This document shows, one piece after another, positions 1-10,970 of a stretch of 64,000 nucleotides of DNA (its first letter is position 1; every line of letters starts with the position of its first letter). The DNA comes from Brevibacillus sp. GTDB taxonomy: Bacteria > Bacillota > Bacilli > Brevibacillales > Brevibacillaceae. The stretch spans positions 1,015-65,014 of the forward strand of contig DASQMM010000267.1 in assembly GCA_035645495.1 (NCBI GenBank), given 5' to 3'. A program made the translations under genes and the position numbers. The notes below the pieces were generated by a model, which worked only from the letters and a program-made list of their open reading frames with translations, ran no database searches and was not told the DNA's origin.

Positions 1-652
1 GATCGTCCATGTCGTAGCCGATGATGATCTGGTTAAGCCGCTCCCGGAGATCTTCCCTATTTTCACTCAAGCATAAAATGGCCATGATTTCCGATGCGGT
101 GGTAATCATAAAGCCATCTTCCCGAGTGATGCCGTTGCCGTCCCCCAAACCGACTACGATTTGGCGAAGCGCACGGTCATTCATATCCATCGCCCGTTTC
201 CAGACGATTTTCTTCGGATTGATGCGCAGCGAGTTTCCGTGATGAATGTGGTTGTCTATCATCGCAGCCAACAGGTTATGCGCAGAAGTGATCGCATGCA
301 GATCTCCCGTAAAATGCAGGTTGATCTCGTCTGCCGGCAGTATTTGTGCCTTTCCGCTGCCTGTCGCCCCGCCTTTGATCCCCATGCAAGGGCCTAAGGA
401 CGGCTCTCGCAGCGCAGCCACTGTCTTTTTCCCGATCAGATTAAGCGCCTGAGACAATCCGATCGTGGTCAACGTCTTACCGGCCCCTGCTGGGTTGGGA
501 TTCATCGCCGTGACCAGAATCAATTTCCCGTCGGGGCGCTCCTTTAACTCATCCCACAATTCATCCGCCAGCTTCGCCTTGAACTTCCCATATTGCTCCA
601 GATTTTCTTCTGAAATCCCTATCTGCCTGGCTATCTCGACAATCGGTTTCAT
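1..652 (-). CDS. fhs: Formate--tetrahydrofolate ligase (N-terminal part; runs off the window start; not in the ORF track)
   Basis: Manual translation from ATG at 652: [28 protein letters not shown]...[20 protein letters not shown]...[21 protein letters not shown]...EINLHFTGD, which are Fhs signature segments. Confidence 0.93.
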   Translation of the reverse strand, partial: MKPIVEIARQIGISEENLEQYGKFKAKLADELWDELKERPDGKLILVTAMNPNPAGAGKTLTTIGLSQALNLIGKKTVAALREPSLGPCMGIKGGATGSGKAQILPADEINLHFTGDLHAITSAHNLLAAMIDNHIHHGNSLRINPKKIVWKRAMDMNDRALRQIVVGLGDGNGITREDGFMITTASEIMAILCLSENREDLRERLNQIIIGYDMDD

Positions 653-730
653 CCGAATCCCCCTGCATTTCATGTTATGGCGTACAAACCTACATTCCAC
701 AAGCAAATCCTGAACTCCTTTGGAAATAAG

Positions 731-778
731 AAAAACAACCTCCCTCAAGCAGATGATATGCCAAAAGAAGGTTGTTTT
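731..778 (-). terminator. Hairpin/likely terminator after the FAD-oxidase gene
   Basis: Inverted repeat AAAACAACC...GGTTGTTTT just downstream of the stop at 790. Confidence 0.55.
748..763 (-). promoter_or_regulatory. Candidate sigma54 (-24/-12) promoter upstream of fhs
   Basis: Minus strand TGGCATATCATCTGCT = GG-N10-GC, ~95 nt upstream of the fhs ATG; lies in the loop of the hairpin. Confidence 0.45.
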
Positions 779-789
779 GTAAGGTGGTC

Positions 790-2151
790 TTACCCAAAAA
801 TTTTACCCGGATTCAAGATTCCATTCGGATCCAGTACCTGTTTGAACGACTGCATCACGTCGAGAGCCGCACCGTGCTCCCTGCGTTGATATTTCATCTT
901 TCCGATTCCGACACCGTGCTCGCCTGTGCACGTACCGCCTCGCTGCAATGCATATTCGACCAGATGAGCATTCAGTTTGTCTGCACGCGCTACTTCGTCT
1001 TTGTCGTTCAGATCGATCATCAAGATGACGTGATAGTTGCCGTCCCCGACGTGACCCAGGATCGCGCCGTCCAGTCCCGAGCGATCAATGGCTTCACGAG
1101 CATCCACAATCGCGCCAGCCAGTTCGGAAAAAGGCACACATACGTCGGTGACCATCATTTTTTTGCCTGGCGATTTATGCACGAATGCATAGGCCATATT
1201 GTGACGGGCATCCCAGAGCTGCGCCCGAGCCTTGGAATCCGTCTCGAACAAGAACTGGGTGCAGCCATGTTCACCCGCGATGCCTTGCGCAAATTCGATA
1301 TCATGCTGCAAGCTTTGCTCACTGCCGTGGAACTCGATGAAGAGTGTCGGGCTTTCCGGGTAATCTGTTTCCTTGAACAGATTCACCTGACGGATCGAAC
1401 GCTCGTCTACCAATTCAATCCGCGCTACCGGGATTCCAGCAGAGAGGATATCGACGACGGTGTTGACAGCATCCTGTACGGTCGGGAAGCTGGCGCGAGC
1501 TGCCATCGTGGCTTCGGGAATGCCGTATACGCGCAGAGTCAGCTCCGTAAAAGCTCCCAGCGTTCCTTCTGATCCGACGAACAGCCCAGTCAGATGATAG
1601 CCGGAAGAGGATTTCGCTGTCATGCTGCCCGTACGGATGATGCGTCCATCTGCGAGTACAACCTCCAGGTCGCGAACGTTATCGCGCATCACGCCGTAGC
1701 GTACGGAAGTGGTTCCACTGGCATTCGTAGCTGCCATTCCGCCCACTGTAGCATCAGCCCCTGGGTCAACGGAGAAGAACAGACCATGCTTTTTCAATTC
1801 TTTGTTCAATTGCATACGTGTCACACCTGGCTGCACACGAACCAGGAAATCTTGCGGACGCACTTCCAGCACCTGATTCATCAGCGAGAAGTCCATGCTG
1901 ATTCCGCCTTTGTAGGGAATGACGTGTCCTTCCAGACTGCTTCCCAAACCAAATGGCGTTACGGCAATTCGCTTCTCATTTGCGAATTTCATGATTTTGC
2001 TGACTTCTTCCGCCGTTTGCGGAAAAACAACGACTTCAGGCAAACGCGGCGTATGATAGGATTCGTCATGGCTATGGTGTTCCAGAACGGTTGGATTGGT
2101 CGTTACGCGCTCGCTTCCCAGCAAACCTACCAATTCTTCGATATAACTCAT
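790..2151 (-). CDS. FAD-linked oxidase (GlcD / D-2-hydroxyacid dehydrogenase family)
   Basis: [34 protein letters not shown] and GEHGVGIGK motifs; likely start MSYIEE after an AAGGGAG RBS. Confidence 0.9.
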   Translation of the reverse strand: MSYIEELVGLLGSERVTTNPTVLEHHSHDESYHTPRLPEVVVFPQTAEEVSKIMKFANEKRIAVTPFGLGSSLEGHVIPYKGGISMDFSLMNQVLEVRPQDFLVRVQPGVTRMQLNKELKKHGLFFSVDPGADATVGGMAATNASGTTSVRYGVMRDNVRDLEVVLADGRIIRTGSMTAKSSSGYHLTGLFVGSEGTLGAFTELTLRVYGIPEATMAARASFPTVQDAVNTVVDILSAGIPVARIELVDERSIRQVNLFKETDYPESPTLFIEFHGSEQSLQHDIEFAQGIAGEHGCTQFLFETDSKARAQLWDARHNMAYAFVHKSPGKKMMVTDVCVPFSELAGAIVDAREAIDRSGLDGAILGHVGDGNYHVILMIDLNDKDEVARADKLNAHLVEYALQRGGTCTGEHGVGIGKMKYQRREHGAALDVMQSFKQVLDPNGILNPGKIFG

Positions 2152-2168
2152 GTTGCATTCTCCCTTCA

Positions 2169-3443
2169 TTACTTACTCATATTGACCAAGAACATGCTGA
2201 TTTCTGGAACATAGGTGATCAACATCAAATCGACGATCATGATGACCAGGAACGGAATCACCGCACGTTCAATCGCCGTATTCGGCAACTGCGAGATCTT
2301 CCCGGCGACCAGTAAATTGATTCCCACTGGCGGTGTCAGCATTCCGATAGCAGAGTTCACTACCATAATAATCCCGAACAGGATCGGATCGATTCCGAGC
2401 GCCAAGATAATCGGCAGCAGAATCGGTGTCAACAGAATGATGATAACCGATGTTTCCATAAACGTCCCCATGATCAGCAAGAAAACGTTAATGATCAAAA
2501 GCGTGATGACAACACTATCTGTAATCCCCAGCATAAATTGAGCAATTTCCTGAGGAATATTTTCTCGAGTCAACAGGAATCCAAACGAGTTGGCTGTAGC
2601 AATAATCAGCATGATAGCTGCCGTCAAACTGGCAGCGCTGGTAAAAATATGCCCAAGGTCCTTCCACTTGATCTCCCGGTAGATGAACAATCCGACGACC
2701 AAGCCGTAGACTACAGCCACGACAGCTGCTTCTGTCGAGGTGAAGATTCCTCCGTAAATGCCGCCCAAGATGATGACGGGCATCATAATTGCTAGAATCG
2801 CATCTTTGAAAGACTTCCAAATTTCCCCGGCGGAGTATTTTCTTCCACCGCCCCAACCGTTCTTCTTGCTTACCCAAATCGAGTAAATGACGAGCGAGAC
2901 TGCGACGAGAACCCCCGGTCCAATCCCGGCGATAAACAAATCATTAATGGATGTACTGGCTGCCACTCCATAGAGAACCAGCGGCACGCTTGGTGGAATC
3001 ATAACTCCGATTGTTCCGCCCGCTGCATGCAGAGCCGCAGAAAAACGGACATCATACCCTTTTTTAACCATGTGCGGAATCAAAATCCCGCCGACTGCTG
3101 CTGTTGTCGCCGCAGATGAACCAGAGATCGCGGCAAAAAAGGTACAACCAATGACAGCAACAATAGCCAGTCCACCTGGCAAATTTCCTACGATGGTATT
3201 GGCAAAGTTGATCAATCTTGCTGAAATTCCGCCCGTCTCCATCAGCTTACCCGCCAAAAGGAAAAACGGAATTGCCATCAACGGGAAGGAGTCTGTCCCA
3301 TTAAACATTTTTTGAATGACAACCAGAAGAGGGATATTCCCTTCAATCATAAAGACTGCCACTACGGACAAGCCAAGTGCAACCGCAATCGGGACATTAA
3401 TAATCAGGAGAAACAACAATATTAAAAATAACATCGTGCCCAT
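2169..3443 (-). CDS. dctM: TRAP transporter large permease (DctM)
   Basis: Very hydrophobic; AIPFF, FAAISGSS, IPPS and TPPVG motifs. Confidence 0.93.
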   Translation of the reverse strand: MGTMLFLILLFLLIINVPIAVALGLSVVAVFMIEGNIPLLVVIQKMFNGTDSFPLMAIPFFLLAGKLMETGGISARLINFANTIVGNLPGGLAIVAVIGCTFFAAISGSSAATTAAVGGILIPHMVKKGYDVRFSAALHAAGGTIGVMIPPSVPLVLYGVAASTSINDLFIAGIGPGVLVAVSLVIYSIWVSKKNGWGGGRKYSAGEIWKSFKDAILAIMMPVIILGGIYGGIFTSTEAAVVAVVYGLVVGLFIYREIKWKDLGHIFTSAASLTAAIMLIIATANSFGFLLTRENIPQEIAQFMLGITDSVVITLLIINVFLLIMGTFMETSVIIILLTPILLPIILALGIDPILFGIIMVVNSAIGMLTPPVGINLLVAGKISQLPNTAIERAVIPFLVIMIVDLMLITYVPEISMFLVNMSK

Positions 3444-3450
3444 TATCCAT

Positions 3451-3918
3451 TCACTCCTTCCCGGTGATGTCTTTCCACGTCACATGGAGGACATTCATGA
3501 TGAGCAAAATACCGCTGATCGGGATCACCATGTAGACATAGCCCATGGGAACGAGCAGGCTTGGGGATGTCTGGGTCATGCTTCTCATCGATAACAGATA
3601 ACCCTGGTGGATCATGACGATAAAAAACGTGATCGTTAAAAGAGCAGCCACCGACAAGACAATTTTGTTCCATAACGGTGACAAAAATTTCTGAATATAT
3701 TCCGTTCCAATGTGTGCTTTGATAGACATCGCATAGGCGGAGCCGAGAAACGTCAGCCATACAAGAAGATAACGGGCCAACTCCTCCGTCCATGCAAGGG
3801 GCTGATCCAGGAAAAACCGGAACAATACCTGCAAGAAGACGGCGACAATCATCAAACCCATTATGGCAATAACGAAGTAACGTGTGATGCTGTTGATGAA
3901 GGAAATGATTTTGCCCAT
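3451..3918 (-). CDS. dctQ: TRAP transporter small permease (DctQ)
   Basis: 4 TM segments, WTEELARY motif; lies between dctP and dctM. Confidence 0.92.
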   Translation of the reverse strand: MGKIISFINSITRYFVIAIMGLMIVAVFLQVLFRFFLDQPLAWTEELARYLLVWLTFLGSAYAMSIKAHIGTEYIQKFLSPLWNKIVLSVAALLTITFFIVMIHQGYLLSMRSMTQTSPSLLVPMGYVYMVIPISGILLIMNVLHVTWKDITGKE

Positions 3919-3942
3919 CCGTTTTCTCCTTTCTCAGGGAAA

Positions 3943-3973
3943 GGGGGAGAAAAGCAGACTGCCTTTCTCCCCT
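3943..3973 (-). other. Intercistronic hairpin between dctP and dctQ
   Basis: GGGGAGAAA...TTTCTCCCC inverted repeat, typical of differential stabilisation of the SBP cistron. Confidence 0.5.
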
Positions 3974-3980
3974 CCGCTAC

Positions 3981-5042
3981 TTATTTTGTATTCAAAATCT
4001 TATTCAACAGGTCTTGGTCGATTTGTCCGGCAAATTTCTCATATACAGGTTTCATTGCATCACGGAAAGCTTGTTTGTCCACATCTTCCGTAATGGTTAC
4101 ACCATGATCTTTCAGAACCTGCAGGGACTCTTCTTCCATTTTGATCATCAGTTCACGCTCTTGTTGACCCGCTACTTTCGCTTCTTCTGCGATCAATGTT
4201 TGTATATCTGCAGGGAGCTTGTCCCAAACTGGTTTGCTGAACAGAATCATGGCAGCCGAGTACACGTGGCCAGTCAGAGACATTTGCGTTTGCTTGGAAT
4301 CATACAGCTTATAGGTATTCGCCACGATTGCAGGATTTTCCTGTCCGTCTACTACACCTTGCTGCAAAGCAGTCAACGCCTCAGTCCATGCCATAGGTGT
4401 AGGTTTCGCACCCATTGCTTCAAAGGCAGCCAGATGGATTTGGTTTTCCTGTGTGCGCAACTTCATTCCTTCGAGGTCGGCTGGCGTCTTTACCACTTTC
4501 GTACCGTTGGTTACGTGGCGGAAGCCATTTTCAGCCCAAGCCAAGCCAATGATGTTTGCGCTTTCGATGTCCTTCAGGATCCCTTGTCCTACTTCGCCGT
4601 CCAACACTTTATAAGCATGCTCGCGGCTTTCAAACAAGAACGGCAGGTCAAGAATACCCAGCTTAGGATAGAAGTTGGTTACCGGCGCAGTAGACGTGAT
4701 GACCATGTCTACGGTTCCCAGAGTCAGTCCCTCTGTCAGTTCGCGTTCTGCACCCAATTGGCTGAGTGGGTACACTTCAATTTTGACTTTGCCTTGCGAT
4801 TTTTCTTCTACTCTCTTTGCCATATCTTTCATTGCTACGTGGTAAGGATGGTCCTCCGTCAGGGAGTGGCCTGCTTTAAACACATAGCTTTTTCCGTCAT
4901 TGCTCGGCGCTTCTGTCTGTGCTGCCGGGGCTTGTCCGGATGGCTGAGCCGCCTGCTGGCCGCCGCCACCTCCGCACGCCGTCAACAACAGCGATACAGA
5001 CATCAGGCTCGACAGTACGAGCCCCCACTTCTTTTTCATCAT
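3981..5042 (-). CDS. dctP: TRAP substrate-binding lipoprotein (DctP)
   Basis: Lipobox LTAC, DLPFLF, ENGFRH, GMKLR and ALQQGVVDGQEN motifs. Confidence 0.93.
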   Translation of the reverse strand: MMKKKWGLVLSSLMSVSLLLTACGGGGGQQAAQPSGQAPAAQTEAPSNDGKSYVFKAGHSLTEDHPYHVAMKDMAKRVEEKSQGKVKIEVYPLSQLGAERELTEGLTLGTVDMVITSTAPVTNFYPKLGILDLPFLFESREHAYKVLDGEVGQGILKDIESANIIGLAWAENGFRHVTNGTKVVKTPADLEGMKLRTQENQIHLAAFEAMGAKPTPMAWTEALTALQQGVVDGQENPAIVANTYKLYDSKQTQMSLTGHVYSAAMILFSKPVWDKLPADIQTLIAEEAKVAGQQERELMIKMEEESLQVLKDHGVTITEDVDKQAFRDAMKPVYEKFAGQIDQDLLNKILNTK

Positions 5043-5102
5043 CTTCTTACGTCCCCCTTGCAATTCTTGTTTTTATATAGGTGTATTGCTGTGATACCAA
5101 AG

Positions 5103-5873
5103 TTAAATGCCTCTGCCTCCGTCTACGTTCATGACCTCTCCCGTCACGATTTTCGACAGATCGGAAGCCAGATAGAGCGCTGCTTGCGCGATATCTTCCG
5201 GCTGAATCAGCTTGCCGAGCGGAACGCTGTCGATGAATATTTCCTTTTTCCCTGCTTCCACTGTCTCGGCATCTCCGTTGATGAACTTCCCAAGCATAGG
5301 CGTCTCTGCTGGACCAGGGTTGATCACATTGACACGGATCTGGTCAGGAGCCAATTCCAAGGCCAAGGCTTTGCTCAGCATCACTGCGGCTCCTTTGGAA
5401 GCGCAGTACGCATTGAGACCCGGACGAGCCCGGATGGAAGCAATCGATGCGATGTTGATGATGCTTCCTTTTTTGGCAGCCTTCATATGCGGTACAGCAT
5501 GCCTTGTAGTCAGGAAAATCGACTTCGTGTTCACGGACATGATTTTATCCCACATTTCCAGTGTCAACTCTTCGATGGGAGTGAATGCTTGCGGTACCCC
5601 GGCACAGTTGACCAGGACGTCGACCGAACCGTATACCTTCATCGTTTCCGCCACCATCGCGGATACGCTTTCATCATTGGCTACGTCGGTTTGCACGGCG
5701 TGTCCTTTGCCTGCCGGAAGCTCTTGCGCTACACTGTTTGCCGCGTCCTTGTTTAGATCGGCGAGAATCACATTGGCGCCTTCTTGCGCAAATAGTTTGG
5801 CAATTGCCTTCCCCATGCCAGATGCGGCTCCGGTCACAATCGCTGTTTTTCCCTGCAGAAGCTCTCTATTCAT
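5103..5873 (-). CDS. Short-chain dehydrogenase/reductase (SDR)
   Basis: TGAASGMG, NCAG, YCASK and VDGG motifs. Confidence 0.92.
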   Translation of the reverse strand: MNRELLQGKTAIVTGAASGMGKAIAKLFAQEGANVILADLNKDAANSVAQELPAGKGHAVQTDVANDESVSAMVAETMKVYGSVDVLVNCAGVPQAFTPIEELTLEMWDKIMSVNTKSIFLTTRHAVPHMKAAKKGSIINIASIASIRARPGLNAYCASKGAAVMLSKALALELAPDQIRVNVINPGPAETPMLGKFINGDAETVEAGKKEIFIDSVPLGKLIQPEDIAQAALYLASDLSKIVTGEVMNVDGGRGI

Positions 5874-7294
5874 AGATTGATCACCACCATACGTTCATCT
5901 GTCATCTCTTCGACTGCATAACGCGGTCCTTCCTTGCCCAGACCACTGTTCTTGATACCGCCGTACGGCATGACATCATTGCGGTAGGTGGATACATCGT
6001 TAATGACTACGCCACCGTACTCTAACACGCGCGCAGCCTTCATCGCAATATGTAAATCGCGAGTAAAGATGCCCGCTTGCAAACCGTATTCCGAATTATT
6101 GGCTTCCGCGAACGCTTCATCCAGATCGCTGTAAGGAATAATCGTCACGACCGGGGCGAACACTTCCCGGCAGACGACTTTCATCTCCGGCTTGGTGTCG
6201 ACCAATACAGCCGGGTAGAATAGAGCGCCTTCCCGTTTCACAGGCATCAGCGACTTCGCCCCTTGGCTGATCGCCTCCTGCACCCACTCTTCTGTCCGCG
6301 CAGCTTCTTTTTCACTGATCATTGGTCCTACATCGGTATCCGGATCCTCCGGGTTGCCGACCTTCAGTTTTTTCACTTCGGAGACGTACAAATCAGTGAA
6401 CTCCTGAACAACGGATTCGTGGACGTAGATGCGCTGCACCGCGATGCAGGCCTGACCGGCGTTGTGGAAGCTGCGCGCTGCTGTCTGACGAGCCGCCAGC
6501 TCAAGATCCGCATCCAAGTGAACGATGTTCGGAGAGTTGTTGCCCAGCTCCAATGCTACAGGACGCATGCCGCTGCGTTCTTTGATGTGGCGTCCCACTT
6601 CACCTGATCCGGTAAAGGTGTACATGGCAATTTTCGGCTCATCCAGCAGCCATTCGCCTACCTGGCTTCCCGCTCCGGTCACGATGTTGATATGTCCTTT
6701 TGGCAGCCCGGCTTCCTCCAGTACCGCAACCAACAAATAGGTGGCGATCGGCGTTACCGTCGCTGGCTTCACAACGATTGTATTTCCTGCCGCGATAGCA
6801 GGAGCGATCTTGTGCGTGCTGAGCAGCAGCGGATAGTTAAATGGCGTGATCGCTCCGATGACTCCCTTGGGCACGCGAATGGTAAAGCCCAGTCGGTTTT
6901 CCGAACCTTCTGTAGACTGGAGCGGCACCATTTCCCCGTGTATGCGCTTCGCTTCTTCAGCTGACAGGAGCAGGGTATTGATCGTGCGATCCAGCTCATT
7001 CATCGCATCTTTTCGTGTTTTCCCAACTTCACGGATCAGGGACATCTCCATCTCATCACGGCGTTCTTCCATCAGTTCAGATGCTTTTAACAAGATTTTA
7101 TAACGTTGAAACGGAGTAAGCGAGTCTTGTTTAAATTTTTTGTGCGCTGCCTCTACTGCTGCGCTCACATGATGTTGCTCGGCTTTGGCGATTTGCGCGA
7201 TGGTGGCACCGGTGAATTTGTGATATACCGGGATATAGTTCTCTGTTTTGACCCATTCCCCATCGATATACAGATCATAGGTTTGCGTAGCCAT
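5870..7294 (-). CDS. Aldehyde dehydrogenase
   Basis: ITPFNYP, FTGS, LELG, catalytic GQACIA and EVFAP motifs. Confidence 0.93.
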   Translation of the reverse strand: MATQTYDLYIDGEWVKTENYIPVYHKFTGATIAQIAKAEQHHVSAAVEAAHKKFKQDSLTPFQRYKILLKASELMEERRDEMEMSLIREVGKTRKDAMNELDRTINTLLLSAEEAKRIHGEMVPLQSTEGSENRLGFTIRVPKGVIGAITPFNYPLLLSTHKIAPAIAAGNTIVVKPATVTPIATYLLVAVLEEAGLPKGHINIVTGAGSQVGEWLLDEPKIAMYTFTGSGEVGRHIKERSGMRPVALELGNNSPNIVHLDADLELAARQTAARSFHNAGQACIAVQRIYVHESVVQEFTDLYVSEVKKLKVGNPEDPDTDVGPMISEKEAARTEEWVQEAISQGAKSLMPVKREGALFYPAVLVDTKPEMKVVCREVFAPVVTIIPYSDLDEAFAEANNSEYGLQAGIFTRDLHIAMKAARVLEYGGVVINDVSTYRNDVMPYGGIKNSGLGKEGPRYAVEEMTDERMVVINL

Positions 7295-7318
7295 TCTCCT
7301 TCTCCTCCTTTTTTATGT

Positions 7319-8395
7319 CTAGCGTGTTGCCAGGTGGATTTGACGAACGATCTCGTCACCCAGTTCTTTCGTGGAAGCACGGCCTCCCAGGTCAGGTGTT
7401 TGCACCTTTCCGTCGATCAGCACTTGTTCGATCGCGTCCAGAATCACTTTACCGATTTCATAATGGCCCAAATGATCCATCATCATGCTCAGACTCCAGA
7501 TCTGCGCGATTGGGTTGGCAATTCCCTTGCCTGCGATGTCTGGTGCAGATCCGTGGATCGGTTCAAACATGGACGGGAAGTTTCGCTCCGGGTTGATGTT
7601 GGCAGAAGGAGCAAGCCCCAATCCGCCGACGACAGCAGCACCCAGATCGGTCAAAATATCGCCAAACAGGTTGCTCGCGACCACGACGTCGAATTCTTCC
7701 GGACGGGTAATAAAGTATGCAGCCAAGGCATCGATATGATAGAGATTTGTCTGAATCCCTGGATGATCTTTTCCGACTTCCTTGACGATCTCATCCCAGA
7801 ACGGCATCGAGTGGTTGATTCCGTTTGATTTGGTGGCAGCAGTCAGCCGCTTTTTCGGTCTTTTTTCAGCGAGATCATACGCGTATTTGATAATTCGCTC
7901 GGTGCCGTAGCGTGTAAATACGTTGTTTTGCACAGCCATTTCATAAGGGGTGCCTTGATGCATCCGGCCACCCATGTTGGAATACTCGCCCTCTGTATTT
8001 TCCCGTACGACCACGAAATCGAGATCGTCGTGATTTTTGTAGCGAAGCGGGCTTTCCAATCCGCGCAGCAGCTTGACTGGTCTTAGGTTGACATACTGTT
8101 GGAAGGCTCTGCGGATGGGAAGAATCAATTCCCAAACAGATATATGATCTGGCACTCCCGGAGCTCCGATCGCGCCCAGTAAGATCAAGTCATAATTTTT
8201 CAGCACATCCAAACCATTCTCCGGCATCATTCTGCCATTTTTCAAGTAGTAGTCGCAGTTCCATGGCTTTTCGTCACAGGCAAACCGGACTCCCCCGTGG
8301 CTTTCTTCTATCGCTTTCAGGACTTTCAAACCTTCATCCATAACCTCGGGACCGATTCCGTCTCCTGGTATCACTGCGATCGAATAATGTTGCAA
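7319..8395 (-). CDS. Tartrate dehydrogenase/decarboxylase / D-malate dehydrogenase family
   Basis: PGDGIGPEV, RENTEGEY, ATKSNG, NLFGDILTD and EPIHGSAPDIAGK motifs; TTG start after GAGGAGG. Confidence 0.88.
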   Translation of the reverse strand: MQHYSIAVIPGDGIGPEVMDEGLKVLKAIEESHGGVRFACDEKPWNCDYYLKNGRMMPENGLDVLKNYDLILLGAIGAPGVPDHISVWELILPIRRAFQQYVNLRPVKLLRGLESPLRYKNHDDLDFVVVRENTEGEYSNMGGRMHQGTPYEMAVQNNVFTRYGTERIIKYAYDLAEKRPKKRLTAATKSNGINHSMPFWDEIVKEVGKDHPGIQTNLYHIDALAAYFITRPEEFDVVVASNLFGDILTDLGAAVVGGLGLAPSANINPERNFPSMFEPIHGSAPDIAGKGIANPIAQIWSLSMMMDHLGHYEIGKVILDAIEQVLIDGKVQTPDLGGRASTKELGDEIVRQIHLATR

Positions 8396-8450
8396 TCGAC
8401 TCCCTCCTCATAATCACCAAAATATTTAGACAATTCAACGCTATAATAAC

Positions 8451-8467
8451 ATGCAGAAATCATGCCA
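8451..8467 (-). promoter_or_regulatory. sigma54 promoter of the catabolic operon
   Basis: Minus strand TGGCATGATTTCTGCAT (GG-N10-GC), next to a sigma54 activator gene. Confidence 0.8.
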
Positions 8468-8557
8468 AATTACCTAGAATCGTGTCAAAACCTGATTACG
8501 CATTCAATTCAGCTAAATGAATGAAGTTATTCGTAAACAGGAAAAGCAAAATAAAAC

Positions 8558-8588
8558 AGAGTGTTGCAACGATTTGTTGCAACACTCT
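8558..8588. promoter_or_regulatory. Perfect 13-bp inverted repeat: terminator of the activator gene and/or activator binding site (UAS)
   Basis: AGAGTGTTGCAAC-GATTT-GTTGCAACACTCT, followed by a T-rich run on the minus strand, ~100 bp upstream of the -24 box. Confidence 0.65.
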
Positions 8589-10462
8589 CACTCGATCCTG
8601 TACTGCTTCATCTTTCTCCATAGGGTGGTGCGATCCATCCCCAACGTTTTAGCCGCCAAGGTACGATTGTGCTTGGCTTTCTCCAGTGCTCTTCTGATTC
8701 TCGCAGCCTCCGGGCTCTCATCTTCGGGGGCGGACATCCCCGCTTCTGCATTTTCATACTCTGCCTTCCAGCTTTTCTTCTTTCCTTGAAATAACAACGC
8801 CACATCTTTGGCATATATCTTTCCATCCCGAGAGAGAAGCACCATTCGTTCGACCACGTTGCGCAGCTCGCGCACATTTCCGGGCCAGTGATGCTGTTGC
8901 AGCAACGGGTAAATAGCGGATTCCAGCGTTACTATTTTTTGCTCATGCTGCTCATTCATTTCCTGAATCATGCTCTCCAGCAACGCCGGAATATCGTCCA
9001 AGCGTTCCCGCAGAGCAGGCACCTCCAGGTTCAGCATGTTGATGCGGTAGTAGAGATCGGAACGGAAATGCCCCTTCGCGATTTCCCTTTCCAGATCCCG
9101 GTTGGTAGCTACGATGATGCGGACATCGATCGGTATAATCCGCTCGCCACCGACACGTCTGACGCGGCGTTCCTGCAACACCCTGAGCAGATGCACCTGA
9201 ATCCGCAAAGGCATTTCCCCGATTTCATCCAGAAAAAGAGTCCCGCCATGAGCTAATTCGAACAGGCCCGGCTTTCCTCCCTTTTTCGCTCCGGTAAAAG
9301 CGCCTTCTTCATAGCCAAACAGTTCGCTCTCCAAAAGACTTTCCGGCAACGCCGCGCAGTTGACCGCCAGAAACGGCCCCAACGCTCGCCCGCTTTCCAG
9401 GTGAATCCCCTGTGCAAACAACTCCTTGCCCGTGCCCGATTCTCCGGTAATCAAAACCGTCGCATTGCTTTTAGCAAAGAGAGCTGCCTGCTGCTTGGTT
9501 TCCCGAATCGTCTCTGAGATGCCAATAATGTTTTCCAGTCGGTACCGGGCCTCCAAACCACTGTCATGCAGCTTTTTGCGGACCGACATCTCCATTTTTT
9601 GAATATCGGTGATCTCTTTGAAGTTGGAGACGGCACCCACCACCTGGTCCTTTACAATGACAGGAATGCGATTGATGACGATGGAGCGATCCATGACAGT
9701 CGCTACGTCCCCTAACTCCTGCCGCCCGGTTTTCAGTACACGCAGCATATCGGAATGCGGAATGTAATCGGTAATCGGTCTGCCCAGAACATCCCCGGTC
9801 AGACCGAGAAGCATTTTTGCTTGCTCATTGACCAAAATAATTCTGCTCTGACGATCTACTGCAATCACAGCATCGTGCAGGGAATCGACGACTGCCTCCA
9901 AAAGCAGCTTCTCCCGTCGCCGCCCCCGTTGATAGGCATCCAGAGAAAGAGCTTGTTGCACAGCCCGCGCCAAGGTACTTAAGGACGGCTCCACTACCTG
10001 CCACTCACCCGATGGCGGCCTGATAAGGAGACTCTGCGTATCCCATGCCGGTGTCAGATAGATGGCCGGCTCCTCGGAGGCTTGCTGGTTGAGGAACTCG
10101 CTGGTTACAAACTGGCAAGGGCAATCGATTCCATCAGGCTCCAGCGCATGCTCCTTCTTCAGCCAATCCCTTTCTTTTGCCGACGTGCACAAGACGACAC
10201 GTGAAAAATGATTTCCCTTCTTCCGCAGTCTGGCAACCTTGTCTCGAATATCTCTTATATCAATCGACAATGTGACGACAGGTATTGCGTAGGAAGCAAA
10301 CTCCTGTGCAAAGGGTTCAGGGGCAATCACAACGGAAGGCGTCATGCGGTGATCCGTGATGGACTGAATAGAGGAAAAAAACTCGATATGATGTTCATTC
10401 GTATCCAACAGAGAAGCGATCTTCGTCTCTGCCGATTTGTCTATTTTATAAAAAGCAATCAT
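8588..10462 (-). CDS. sigma54-dependent activator (PrpR-like; PAS + AAA+ + Fis HTH)
   Basis: [40 protein letters not shown] motifs and C-terminal HTH. Confidence 0.93.
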   Translation of the reverse strand: MIAFYKIDKSAETKIASLLDTNEHHIEFFSSIQSITDHRMTPSVVIAPEPFAQEFASYAIPVVTLSIDIRDIRDKVARLRKKGNHFSRVVLCTSAKERDWLKKEHALEPDGIDCPCQFVTSEFLNQQASEEPAIYLTPAWDTQSLLIRPPSGEWQVVEPSLSTLARAVQQALSLDAYQRGRRREKLLLEAVVDSLHDAVIAVDRQSRIILVNEQAKMLLGLTGDVLGRPITDYIPHSDMLRVLKTGRQELGDVATVMDRSIVINRIPVIVKDQVVGAVSNFKEITDIQKMEMSVRKKLHDSGLEARYRLENIIGISETIRETKQQAALFAKSNATVLITGESGTGKELFAQGIHLESGRALGPFLAVNCAALPESLLESELFGYEEGAFTGAKKGGKPGLFELAHGGTLFLDEIGEMPLRIQVHLLRVLQERRVRRVGGERIIPIDVRIIVATNRDLEREIAKGHFRSDLYYRINMLNLEVPALRERLDDIPALLESMIQEMNEQHEQKIVTLESAIYPLLQQHHWPGNVRELRNVVERMVLLSRDGKIYAKDVALLFQGKKKSWKAEYENAEAGMSAPEDESPEAARIRRALEKAKHNRTLAAKTLGMDRTTLWRKMKQYRIE

Positions 10463-10970
10463 AAATCCTCCCAGGTAGCAGGCAAAGAAATGCGGTACTC
10501 CGCCAATTTTCGGTAAAGAGTATTGCGACCGATCTGCAGCAGCTTGGCTTCCTGACTGACATTGCCTCCTGTCGTCCGTATCGCGCTTTGATGGCCTCCA
10601 TTTCCGATTCCTTCAGAGAAGGCAGCTCTTGCTTGCGAAAAGAGAAATCACCTGTTACGTCCGGTCCCTCCAATTGGATATGGCCGGCTTCAATGTCTCC
10701 CCCGTACGCTGGCGAAGCGGCGGCAACTGTTATTCGCCAAGAAAGGCTCCAGCCTTTCAAACAGGGGAAAACTTGTGCGAATAGGAGATGGTTGTCTCGA
10801 ATGATTTCTTTGATTCGACTCGTGGATATGATCTGATCATGTGCGTTCTCCGTGGCTTTGAGGTTCGATGCTTGGCAGCGTTTCCATGATTGCTGAACAA
10901 TCGTCGACACTTCCCTTCCCTCCCACAAAAAATCATTCTCCTTCAGTATAACACGATTCATTCTCTGCAC
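10460..10970 (-). pseudogene. Remnant of an AcoR-like sigma54 activator (N-terminal GAF fragment + C-terminal HTH; AAA+ core deleted, frameshifted)
   Basis: IVQQSWKRC-type N-terminus; in another frame [23 protein letters not shown] (Fis HTH); no AAA+ motifs between them; boundaries approximate. Confidence 0.7.

Noticed and set aside
653-730. ZTP or THF riboswitch upstream of fhs
   Set aside because: Conserved aptamer sequences not seen; the region is short
4014-5756. 580-aa plus-strand ORF
   Set aside because: Antisense shadow of dctP and the SDR gene; no motifs, no RBS
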